This document shows, one piece after another, positions 56,403 through 64,000 of a DNA stretch of 64,000 nt. The notes beneath the pieces are model-generated. The model had not been told where the DNA came from, did not search any database, and saw only the letters and a list, made by a program, of their open reading frames with translations. The DNA is taken from assembly GCA_035390665.1 (NCBI GenBank), contig DAOOUC010000004.1, positions 13,480 through 77,479 on the forward strand. The letters are read 5' to 3'. Positions within the stretch are counted from its first letter, which is position 1. Each line of letters starts with the position of its first letter. The translations under genes were made by a program, and so were the position numbers. Source of the stretch: an archaeon (GTDB taxonomy: Archaea > Iainarchaeota > Iainarchaeia > Iainarchaeales > CSSED10-239).

Positions 56403-56711
56403 CTATTTAACTGAATCCACAAATGCCTTTAACATTGGTTTTGGAAGGGCTCCTGTTTTTTGTGCTACTGGCTTACCTTCTTTAAAAATTATTATTGTTG
56501 GTATTGACATGACATTATATTTTCCGGAAATTGCGGGTGCTTGATCAACATTAACTTTTGCACAAAGCACATCTGTATTTTCTTTTGAAAACTCTTCAAA
56601 GGTTCCAGCAAACATTCTACAAGGACCACACCATTCTGCCCAGAAATCCACTACTACAATTTTATTTTTTTTAATTGTTTCTTCAAAGTCTTTATCTGTT
56701 AGTTGTAACAT
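56403..56711 (-). CDS. trxA: thioredoxin
   Basis: 102 aa, WAEWCGPC active site. Confidence 0.95.
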   Translation of the reverse strand: MLQLTDKDFEETIKKNKIVVVDFWAEWCGPCRMFAGTFEEFSKENTDVLCAKVNVDQAPAISGKYNVMSIPTIIIFKEGKPVAQKTGALPKPMLKAFVDSVK

Positions 56712-56727
56712 ATTTTTTCCCCCTATT

Positions 56728-57537
56728 TTATATTAAAGCAATTAAGATATAGGCAATACCTAGAATAAAACAAAAATAAGAAAAGTCTAATTTTTGCGCA
56801 ATCTTCATAAGTATGCCGATTGTAATGTACCCAAAAATAAATGCAAACAATATTGAAACTAAAATTAATGGATTAAATGAAAATCCTGTAAGTAATAATA
56901 TTCCAAGTTCTGCAATAAGTATTGTTGGAATTGAAATTAAAAAACTATACTTAAAAGCGTTTGTTGGATTAAATCCTTGAAATAACATGGTGCTTGTAGT
57001 TATTCCTGATCTACTAATTCCTGGAATTGCAGAAAACCCTTGAGCGATACCAATAAAAAAAGCATTGCTTGCTTTTAGGTTTGGAATTAATTTTTCTGCT
57101 TGTTTGATTTTTATTTGCATAACTCCTGTTAGAATCAATAATACTCCAATTGCAATTGTTAGAGTTGTTATTTGAAAAGCAGTTATGCTATTTCTTAATA
57201 AAAAATAAATTGGAGTTCCAATTAATACTGTGAAAAATACAGAAATTATAATAAATCGTGAGGAACTTGTAGCATAATCAAACTTTATATTTTTCTTGAA
57301 ATTAAAAAGGTCTTTTATTTTTGTTTTTGAAAATATATCTTTAATCTCATCAAAGAAATAAACAAATGCAGCCAAGAGGGTTCCAAAATGTAAAAATATT
57401 GACATATCTAAAGCATTTTGTGCAGATACTTTAAAAAAATTAGTTAAAACAACAACTGAAATCCCTTGAGAGCTTATTGGAAGCCATTCAAAAATTCCTT
57501 GTAATATTCCAATTACTATAAATTCTATAATTTCCAT
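56728..57537 (-). CDS. uppP: undecaprenyl-diphosphatase (UppP/BacA)
   Basis: GILQGIFEWLPISSQG and PGISRSGITTS motifs, 8 TM. Confidence 0.85.
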   Translation of the reverse strand: MEIIEFIVIGILQGIFEWLPISSQGISVVVLTNFFKVSAQNALDMSIFLHFGTLLAAFVYFFDEIKDIFSKTKIKDLFNFKKNIKFDYATSSSRFIIISVFFTVLIGTPIYFLLRNSITAFQITTLTIAIGVLLILTGVMQIKIKQAEKLIPNLKASNAFFIGIAQGFSAIPGISRSGITTSTMLFQGFNPTNAFKYSFLISIPTILIAELGILLLTGFSFNPLILVSILFAFIFGYITIGILMKIAQKLDFSYFCFILGIAYILIALI

Positions 57538-57624
57538 GTCTTTTCACTTAAATAATGTTATCCAAAACTATTATAAATAGTTAAATATAATATATATTTA
57601 TTAAAACATTTAAAAAAAGATAGC

Positions 57625-58068
57625 ATGAATAAAATAAATCACATATTATTTGCAAGTTTGTTATTTATTGTATTCTATTTCTTTTTTGTAGATATATTAT
57701 CAATAACTGGGCCAAACATGTTTTTGGCTTTTGTTTTCTGTGTGCTTTATTCTTTGATACCTGATTTAGATCTTAAAAGTTCTTGGATTAAGGGGCAATT
57801 TAATATTATTGTGCTTTATGCTATTGTAATACTTGGAATAATATATTTGTTTGTTTCTCCAAATTTTACTTACCTTTTAATTATTGGAGTTTTAGTTTTA
57901 ATTGAAATATTTTTACTACTTGTAAAACATAGGGATATCTTACACACTCCTTTAGTAGGAGTACTTTTTGCAATCCCTTTATTATTTGTTGATTATCCAA
58001 ATATTGTTTATTTCTTAGCAGGTAGTATTGGAATACTATCCCATTGGCTACTTGATAAAATTAGTTAA
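57625..58068 (+). CDS. membrane-bound metal-dependent hydrolase family protein (DUF457/YdjM-like)
   Basis: N-terminal H, IPDLD, HRDILHTP, SHWLLD histidine/aspartate pattern in a 4-TM protein. Confidence 0.55.
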   Translation: MNKINHILFASLLFIVFYFFFVDILSITGPNMFLAFVFCVLYSLIPDLDLKSSWIKGQFNIIVLYAIVILGIIYLFVSPNFTYLLIIGVLVLIEIFLLLVKHRDILHTPLVGVLFAIPLLFVDYPNIVYFLAGSIGILSHWLLDKIS

Positions 58069-59010
58069 TTATTTTTTTGCAAAAATAATTAAAATAATCA
58101 AAATTATAAAAATTGCAAGCAAAACATGTGTTTTTGAGTCGTCCATTTTAAATAAAGAACTATTAATTTTTGGAAGACTTAAAAAACCTGTAATGTTATT
58201 TTCTTCTGGCTGAACTGATGTTTGTAAAATTTCTTTTTGAGTTTCTTCTTTTGGAGTATATCTTATCTTTATTTCTTTAATGTCTATTGTCTCATAACCA
58301 TCTTGTAATTTACAATTTAAGAAATAATCATTAGCTTCTATTGATTTATTTTTATCAATTGAGAGATTGATGTCTATTTTTTGAGAATTTATATAATTAT
58401 AGTTAACAACTATTGCTGGATTACTGGTAATACAATCTAAAGAATAAGTATTTCCTTCTTCTTTATTTACATAAATAGAAATTAAATCACTATCTTTCTT
58501 TCCATTAATTACAGCAATTGATCTTGAAAGATTATAACCTAAGATTCTTGGTCTTGTGTGGTTAATTGTATAGTTATAATATTCTTCCGAATTGTTTGGA
58601 ATTATTGTAATATATTTCTGTGTTGTTTTTATTTTATTATTATATTTATCTAAAATTTCTACTTTTAATTGTAAGGTTTTATTCTCTGTTAAGGTTTTGG
58701 TGTTAACATATATTTTTTCTTTAGTGTCTAAATTATTATAGAAATAAAACTCTTGTGTTGAAACTAATGCACTTATTTCTGAATCATTTGGAAAAATACT
58801 TACAGAAATATTTACTTTTCCTTCTTTTAATTCTTCTGATAAGAACTTAATTCTAAAGTCTATTTCTTTTGTGCTATTATTTGAAACATAGAAGGTACTT
58901 GGTTTGTCTTGAGAAGATTGTATATTAACATTTAAACTATCTGCAAAAATAAACGGAAAGATAAATACACCAAATATTAAAAATACCAAAATTAGTTGTT
59001 TTTTATTCAT
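58069..59010 (-). CDS. secreted beta-rich protein with C-terminal TM anchor
   Basis: Signal-like N-terminus, many N-x-S/T sequons, C-terminal HVLLAIFIILIILIIFAKK. Confidence 0.55.
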   Translation of the reverse strand: MNKKQLILVFLIFGVFIFPFIFADSLNVNIQSSQDKPSTFYVSNNSTKEIDFRIKFLSEELKEGKVNISVSIFPNDSEISALVSTQEFYFYNNLDTKEKIYVNTKTLTENKTLQLKVEILDKYNNKIKTTQKYITIIPNNSEEYYNYTINHTRPRILGYNLSRSIAVINGKKDSDLISIYVNKEEGNTYSLDCITSNPAIVVNYNYINSQKIDINLSIDKNKSIEANDYFLNCKLQDGYETIDIKEIKIRYTPKEETQKEILQTSVQPEENNITGFLSLPKINSSLFKMDDSKTHVLLAIFIILIILIIFAKK

Positions 59011-59131
59011 TAAATAATTATAGAGAGTTACTGCTTTTAAATATATTGTTTACAATAATTTTATTAAAAACTAACAAATTCACAAAAATATTAAAAGTTG
59101 TTTTTATTAATCTCTTAAAAAATAAATATAT

Positions 59132-59620
59132 ATGATATTTGATATTGATGTAAGTGGGGAAGATATTTTAAGTGGAGACTATGCTGTTTGTATATCTGAT
59201 AATAATCAAATAATAAAAGCATTTAAGATGCATCCAAAAACCGTAAATCAAATAAATAAGAATTTTAATTTAGGTAAATACACAAAATATAAACCAACTC
59301 TTAAGAAAAAGAAAGATTTGAAAATTAGAATTTACTCTATAATTATCTATTATATATTTAAAGAATTAAACCTCAATTCCAATATAGAATTAAAAATATG
59401 TAGAGATTTTTATAATAGAGAACAAGATATAATTTATAATCTGGAATATTTTTTAATTACAAAATTAAATTTAAGAATTAATAATATAGAATTTTGTAAA
59501 TTAGAATCCAAATCTTTAGCACACAAATATTCTTATTTAATAAGAAAAAATCTTATAGATTCTAGAAAATATCTTATTAAAATTAGTTTAGAAGAAATTG
59601 AATTATTTTTATCTAAATAA
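59132..59620 (+). CDS. hypothetical protein
   Basis: 162-aa ORF, N-terminal MIFDIDVSGED acidic motif; no assignable family. Confidence 0.5.
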   Translation: MIFDIDVSGEDILSGDYAVCISDNNQIIKAFKMHPKTVNQINKNFNLGKYTKYKPTLKKKKDLKIRIYSIIIYYIFKELNLNSNIELKICRDFYNREQDIIYNLEYFLITKLNLRINNIEFCKLESKSLAHKYSYLIRKNLIDSRKYLIKISLEEIELFLSK

Positions 59621-59705
59621 TGTACCTGAGAGCACTACTGTGAGTGTCGCAACCCTAGTCTATCCCTTCAGATTTGACTGAACGAATTCGCTAGCAACAG
59701 GCACA
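59621..59705. other. GC-enriched ~85-nt element of unknown nature (candidate small RNA)
   Basis: tgtacctgagagcactactgtgagtgtcgcaaccctagtctatcccttcagatttgactgaacgaattcgctagcaacaggcac stands out from AT-rich flanks; ends gtacctg/caggcac nearly complementary; internal ttcag-atttga-ctgaa hairpin. Confidence 0.25.
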
Positions 59706-59895
59706 TATATATTATGGGTAAAGACATATTTAAATGTTTTCTTTGATTTTTTTGTGAAATTGATAAATAGTTAATAAATATTTCAATATCACAAAAACTA
59801 AAAAAACATAACAAAAGAAAAGCTTTCGCAGATAACATCGAAATAAATTGCGCGCGAGCCAATTATAGTTTTTCTTTTGGGGGGAATGGGCTTTA

Positions 59896-59984
59896 CGCAA
59901 GGGATGGGATTTGAACCCATGTGTGGTATTACCCACATCTAGTTTTCGAGACTAGCACCTTCAACCAGACTCAGTCACCCTTGC
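59896..59984 (-). tRNA. tRNA-Ser (anticodon CGA)
   Basis: Minus strand acceptor GCAAGGG/CCCTTGC, anticodon arm CTAGT-CTCGAAA-ACTAG, long variable arm TGTGG-GTAATA-CCACA, T arm ATGGG-TTCAAAT-CCCAT, G73. Confidence 0.9.
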
Positions 59985-60322
59985 TTATACAAGTAGTCGT
60001 TAATAACTTTTAATAGGTCTGTTAGCATAGTTTTTGCAACTTTTTCTTGAGTTGTGTCTCTTATTATTATTTTTAAAGAACTAAATATTGTTATTGTTCC
60101 TTTTTTTGTTTTTAGAACAATTAAAAATGGAGAGTTATCTTTTTCTATAAAATAATTCTTTGCTCTTAAAGTCATTAATAATTTCTCTAAATCAATCTTT
60201 GTTGATTTCTTTGGATAAAATTCAAAACCAGGTGTTGCTTTACAACTATCTAAAATAAAAGAATCAACTGTAAGATTTTTATCTTCTTTTTTATTAAGTA
60301 GGTTTAACATATGATTTTTCAC
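59975..60322 (-). CDS. hypothetical small protein, co-oriented 3 nt downstream of the long HerA-like ATPase
   Basis: 115-aa ORF (GTG 60322 or ATG 60310); last 10 nt incl. stop overlap the 5' end of tRNA-Ser. Confidence 0.5.
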   Translation of the reverse strand: MKNHMLNLLNKKEDKNLTVDSFILDSCKATPGFEFYPKKSTKIDLEKLLMTLRAKNYFIEKDNSPFLIVLKTKKGTITIFSSLKIIIRDTTQEKVAKTMLTDLLKVINDYLYKQG

Positions 60323-60325
60323 TTT

Positions 60326-62971
60326 TTATGCATCAATGATTTGACCAAGAACTGCATCAATAAGAATTGTTCTGTCATTTGCTCTTTTGTCTCTTGAGGT
60401 TATATCCCAGATTGGCCAATATATTTTTTCTATATTTTCTATTTCTATGTTTTGCCATAATTTTTCTAGTCTTTTAACTGTCTCTTCCTCAGGGATGTCT
60501 TTATCAATATCTGTTTTAGAAATTAATTGTTTTCTTAGTGGCAAATTATCTACAGAAGAAAGAATTGTATATCTTGGAGAGAATGGCAAATCTATTCCTC
60601 TCTTAATTCTAAATTTTTCTTCCTTGTTTATTATTGAAACATCTACTATGTCTTTATTAACTAAAGATACTAAATCTTCCTTTACTTCTTGCTCTGAAGC
60701 ATTTAATATCTGTGAGAGTTCTTTTGGTGTAATCCACCTTTCAAGATTATCTAACAGAACAATGTCATCTGTTGAGATATCTTCAACAATATCAAGGCCT
60801 GTTGATTCTTTAAAAATTCCATCATAATGTAAGAATTCTCCAGTAACTGAATCCACATAACAACAAGACTTTGTGTAATTTTCTTCATCATCAAAAATAT
60901 TATAATTGATTTTATAGATTTCTCTATAAAGTAATTTTATTTCAGAAATAAACTCTTCTTCTTTTAAAAATATTAATTTTTTCTTATTTGTTCTGCTTGC
61001 TATATTAATTGCAATTTCTCTTGAGATTCTTGAAGGAAGTATTGGAACTGTTTCTGGTTCTATTGTTTCTGGAGTTATTGCTGTCTCTAGTTGTTCTCCT
61101 TGCTCTTCAACTAAATTAGAATACTCAATTGCTTGATTAATATTTTGTACTTCTTCTTTAGAAATTTCTGCTTTTTGTTTTTTTTCTGCAAATAATAATA
61201 TTTTTTCTTTTTCAACAATCCCCATCTTACTTAAAGAAACAAGTAATTCGTCAAAAGTTACTTCGCTATTATATTTCGAATTAACAACATCAAGAATATC
61301 TTTTGCATCACTTACTTTTAAAGTTTTTGAAGAAAGTAATTTCTTATAAATCATGTCTGAAGAAAAGTTAATTATTTCTTTTTTAGAAAGCTTTGGAACT
61401 TCTCTTATAGTTTCTGCATCTCTTCCTTCGTGTTGACTTAATCTTGGTTTAATCTTTAGAATAAACGCTCTTTTTGTTTCTTCGCCACGATCACCAGTTA
61501 GAGCAACACCCACAGGTAAAGTCTTTATGAAGTTTGGATCTTTATAAACGTCAGGAATAATTGCAGGCATTCTTTTCTGGACTGCGTGAATATCATCATT
61601 AAATACAAGCTTATGGCTTAAGAAGATATCAACCTGAGACAATACCTTAGAATTGATTGCTGATGGTTGTTGAGTTGCAAGAACCATAGAACATCCTGGT
61701 CTTCTTCCTTGCTTAACGTATTCTATGATGGCATTAGTTGCTGGAGTTATGGTGTTACCTGAAGGAATCAATGTGTGAGCTTCATCAATATACACCCATG
61801 TTGGTGGAATTGAAATCTCAAGTAACTCATCTGGGCTCTCTGAAGTTGAATCAAACTTTTTAATTGCATCTTGCCTTGTTACTAGTTTTCTTGCTGCTAG
61901 TATTCTTCTTGCTAATATTCCAATGACAAGAGCAGTAATATTATCATCTAAAAAACTTGTATCAAGAATTGTTAGTTGCTTTTCTTTTGATAATTTTGAT
62001 AATGGAGTCCCATGATCACTAAATATTCCCCAGGACTTTGCAGCTTCAAATCTTGAAACTAAAGCTCTAATTGAATCTTGCTTATAGCCTGATGATGATG
62101 ACTTAAATTCATAAGCATTTTGCAAGCAATAAATAATATCTTCTAAAGTGTAAAGATTTCCTTTAGCTGGAATTTGTTCTATCTCTATTTCTTCATTAGT
62201 TGGGTCTCCGGCCTTATATCCGTGTTTTACAAAAGATAGTGTTTTCTCAAGAAGTAAACCAGTTGGATTAAATCTATCAATTCCAAAAGTTAGACACCAA
62301 TCTTCAGCTAGAAGCATTGAAGGATACATTGAGAATGTTTCATCAAAGGTTTCTTTAGAAACTTTACCTACAACTCCTTCTGGAACAAAAACTTTTAGAT
62401 TGTTTAAACCTTTAGGTGCTAGTCCCCAATTTGCAAGATCCTCTATTTCTTTCTTTTCTTGGTTTGGGTATTTCATGGACCAAAAGACACCTACTGGATC
62501 AACAACAACTTGACCAATATAAGGGTTGTTGACAGCTAACTCTTCAGCAATTACACCAAGGCCATAACTTTTTCCTGAACCTCTTGAACCGTCTATAAAA
62601 ACTACGTGGGGGTTTAAGCCATCAAGATAAACCTTTTTATCCCTTTGATCGTCTTCAAAAACTTTTCCTAAGAATGCACAAGATCTTGAACCATGTTCTT
62701 TCAGAACAGATTTTTTTCTTCCAATATAGACTATTTCAGAATCCTCTGGATCTGTCAAAAACTCTAGTTTTGGAGTAATCTCTTTGAGCCGGTTTCGCTC
62801 GGACTCGCGCGCAGTGATATTTTCTTTCTTTTTTATTTCTGACTTTTTTGGTTTTTCTAAATCTTCAGGGTTAAGGGTTGGAAGTTCTGTCTGATAGATA
62901 CTTTCATCATTTTCGATTTTATCAAAAGGATTGATACCATCACTTTTAGATTTTTCAACAGCCATAACCAT
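60326..62971 (-). CDS. HerA/FtsK-superfamily P-loop ATPase with ~70-aa N-terminal and ~360-aa C-terminal extensions
   Basis: HVVFIDGSRGSGKSYGLGVIAEE (intact Walker A), VVDPVGVFWSMKYPN, Walker B WVYIDEAHTLIP, VLATQQPSAINSKVLSQVDIFLSHKL; tail has wHTH-like segments (ITPKELSQILNASEQEVKEDLVSLVNKDIV). ATG 62971 preferred over TTG 62974. Confidence 0.8.
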   Translation of the reverse strand: MVMAVEKSKSDGINPFDKIENDESIYQTELPTLNPEDLEKPKKSEIKKKENITARESERNRLKEITPKLEFLTDPEDSEIVYIGRKKSVLKEHGSRSCAFLGKVFEDDQRDKKVYLDGLNPHVVFIDGSRGSGKSYGLGVIAEELAVNNPYIGQVVVDPVGVFWSMKYPNQEKKEIEDLANWGLAPKGLNNLKVFVPEGVVGKVSKETFDETFSMYPSMLLAEDWCLTFGIDRFNPTGLLLEKTLSFVKHGYKAGDPTNEEIEIEQIPAKGNLYTLEDIIYCLQNAYEFKSSSSGYKQDSIRALVSRFEAAKSWGIFSDHGTPLSKLSKEKQLTILDTSFLDDNITALVIGILARRILAARKLVTRQDAIKKFDSTSESPDELLEISIPPTWVYIDEAHTLIPSGNTITPATNAIIEYVKQGRRPGCSMVLATQQPSAINSKVLSQVDIFLSHKLVFNDDIHAVQKRMPAIIPDVYKDPNFIKTLPVGVALTGDRGEETKRAFILKIKPRLSQHEGRDAETIREVPKLSKKEIINFSSDMIYKKLLSSKTLKVSDAKDILDVVNSKYNSEVTFDELLVSLSKMGIVEKEKILLFAEKKQKAEISKEEVQNINQAIEYSNLVEEQGEQLETAITPETIEPETVPILPSRISREIAINIASRTNKKKLIFLKEEEFISEIKLLYREIYKINYNIFDDEENYTKSCCYVDSVTGEFLHYDGIFKESTGLDIVEDISTDDIVLLDNLERWITPKELSQILNASEQEVKEDLVSLVNKDIVDVSIINKEEKFRIKRGIDLPFSPRYTILSSVDNLPLRKQLISKTDIDKDIPEEETVKRLEKLWQNIEIENIEKIYWPIWDITSRDKRANDRTILIDAVLGQIIDA

Positions 62972-63048
62972 CAATAAATATATTTTAGATAATATTATAA
63001 GAAACTAAAGAAATATAATATATTAGGGTTTTTAAAGATAACTGGAAA

Positions 63049-63879
63049 CTATATAGTGATACTTTTATTTACAAATAAAGTTGGATGAGTAATATTTTGG
63101 TCTATTGTTTTTGTATTTAATGCATTAATCCGTTTTATAGTAAGATCTAAATATTTCTTATCTAAATCGATACCAATATATTTCCTAGAATACATGCGTG
63201 ACACTAAGCCCGTTGTTCCTGAACCATTAAATGGATCTAATACTGTGTCTCCTTTATCTGTTGTTGAAAGTATTATTCGTTTAAGTAATTCTAGGGGTTT
63301 TTGAGTTGGATGCTTTCCTAATTTTTTTTCTTGCTGTGGGGTTAAAGGTATATTCCAAACACTTCTCATTTGTTTTCCAGATTCACTTATTTTATCATCC
63401 CATTTTTTCATAAGTTCATAATTAAATTTGTGTTTTGATTCTTTTTCTTTTCTTGCCCAGATTAATGTTTCGTGACTATGTGTAAAATATCTACAACTTA
63501 AATTTGGAGGCGCATTAGGTTTATACCAACAAATTTCATTAAGTATTTGATAATTTTGCATTTGTAATGCATAACCAACTTGATAAATATTGTGCATCGT
63601 TCCAGAAATCCAAATGCTGCCGGTATTTTTTAGAACTCTTCTACATTCAGATAACCAGCTAAAGGTAAATTCAAAATCTTTATTCATACCGTTTGATTTA
63701 TCCCAATCAGCTTTATTTACTGACACCATTTTTCCTGCTCTACAAGAAATACCCCCATTAGATAAAAAATAGGGCGGGTCTGCAAAAATTAGATCCACTG
63801 AATTGTCTGGTATTTCTTTTAAAATATCTAAACAATCCCCTTGATAGAGATTGAAATCTAGAGAATTATAGTGTTTCAT
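63049..63879 (-). CDS. DNA methyltransferase, beta-class N6-adenine/N4-cytosine (PF01555-like)
   Basis: Motif IV IFADPPYF near the N-terminus, HPTQKP, motif I LDPFNGSGTTG near the C-terminus; ATG at 63879 preferred over upstream TTG. Confidence 0.85.
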   Translation of the reverse strand: MKHYNSLDFNLYQGDCLDILKEIPDNSVDLIFADPPYFLSNGGISCRAGKMVSVNKADWDKSNGMNKDFEFTFSWLSECRRVLKNTGSIWISGTMHNIYQVGYALQMQNYQILNEICWYKPNAPPNLSCRYFTHSHETLIWARKEKESKHKFNYELMKKWDDKISESGKQMRSVWNIPLTPQQEKKLGKHPTQKPLELLKRIILSTTDKGDTVLDPFNGSGTTGLVSRMYSRKYIGIDLDKKYLDLTIKRINALNTKTIDQNITHPTLFVNKSITI

Positions 63880-64000
63880 AAAATATATAGTATATTTATT
63901 ATTTATATACCTTTCTAGGGTAGATGTCCAGTGCAATTAAGGATTTGGTAATCCTAAAAAGTCTAAAGGTATTTCATTAAAGAAATAATAACAATTTACT

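Noticed and set aside
59668-59936. ORFs 59668..59862 and 59730..59936 (minus strand).
   Set aside because: They are overlapping alternative frames in an AT-rich spacer, and the second runs into tRNA-Ser. Low-complexity translations with no start context.
14192-59984. Split, permuted or intron-containing tRNAs, as known from some nanoarchaea.
   Set aside because: All four tRNAs fold as contiguous standard cloverleaves with 7-nt anticodon loops. No bulge-helix-bulge insertion was detected.
59975-60322. The 115-aa protein as a single TBP-like domain (KKGTITIFSSLKIIIRDTTQEKVAKTML versus TBP SLLLFKNGNIIISGASSEKDIKTAI).
   Set aside because: Only about 8 identities over about 64 aligned positions when compared with the TBP in this window. 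The pattern resemblance is too weak to claim without structure prediction.
1-64000. CRISPR arrays, cas genes, transposases, integrases, prophage structural genes, and a reverse transcriptase or diversity-generating retroelement acting on the duplicated LamG gene.
   Set aside because: No regularly spaced short direct repeats were seen. No ORF carries recombinase, DDE, or RT (YxDD) motifs. The two LamG repeat copies look like ordinary divergence after duplication, with no template-repeat or RT partner.

Overview
A visibly AT-rich, tightly packed archaeal chromosome segment with about 80 genes in 64 kb. Core archaeal genes are unambiguous. Transcription: TFB, TBP, Spt5/NusG, RpoF. Translation and RNA modification: ribosomal proteins L44e, L15e, L35Ae, L11 and L21e, Nop5 plus fibrillarin, KsgA and GlyRS. 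Replication and repair: family-B DNA polymerase, RNase HII and Ogg. Envelope and division: the ftsZ-secE-spt5-rpl11 cluster, Sec61beta, and AglB plus a GT4 transferase. RNA genes: a stand-alone 5S rRNA and four intron-less tRNAs, Val-GAC, Thr-CGU, Leu-UAG and Ser-CGA. No CRISPR array, transposase, integrase or reverse transcriptase was seen. I infer a reduced anaerobic DPANN-like archaeon. This rests on small or domain-depleted proteins, AT bias, anaerobic redox genes (desulfoferrodoxin, rubrerythrin, Trx/TrxR), AMP-salvage genes and many lineage-specific secreted, coiled-coil or basic proteins. It is not proven. Five points deserve a second look. (1) There are three HerA/FtsK-family P-loop ATPase paralogues. 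One has its Walker A loop split by a full LAGLIDADG intein and is translationally coupled to a polytopic membrane protein. One carries a long helix-turn-helix-like tail and sits between a DNA methyltransferase and tRNA-Ser. One has a degenerate Walker A. (2) A type IV pilus-like locus holds a FlaI/PilB-type ATPase, two mini-pilins and LamG/Ig-like surface proteins, but no platform protein or prepilin peptidase. (3) A 1061-aa pilin-signal adhesin (PKD-like, DUF2341-like and LamG modules) contains a 1236-bp tandem duplication. (4) Several GC-rich islands in the AT-rich background are unexplained by known genes: a multi-hairpin intergenic element, an ~85-nt element, and a ~25-nt motif shared by the tRNA-Leu leader and the coding 5' region of an ATPase. 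(5) Smaller oddities include an N-terminal-domain-less Nop5, C55 T-loops in two tRNAs, and a pyruvoyl-type PanD. All functional calls come from reading the translations by eye. No database search was run.
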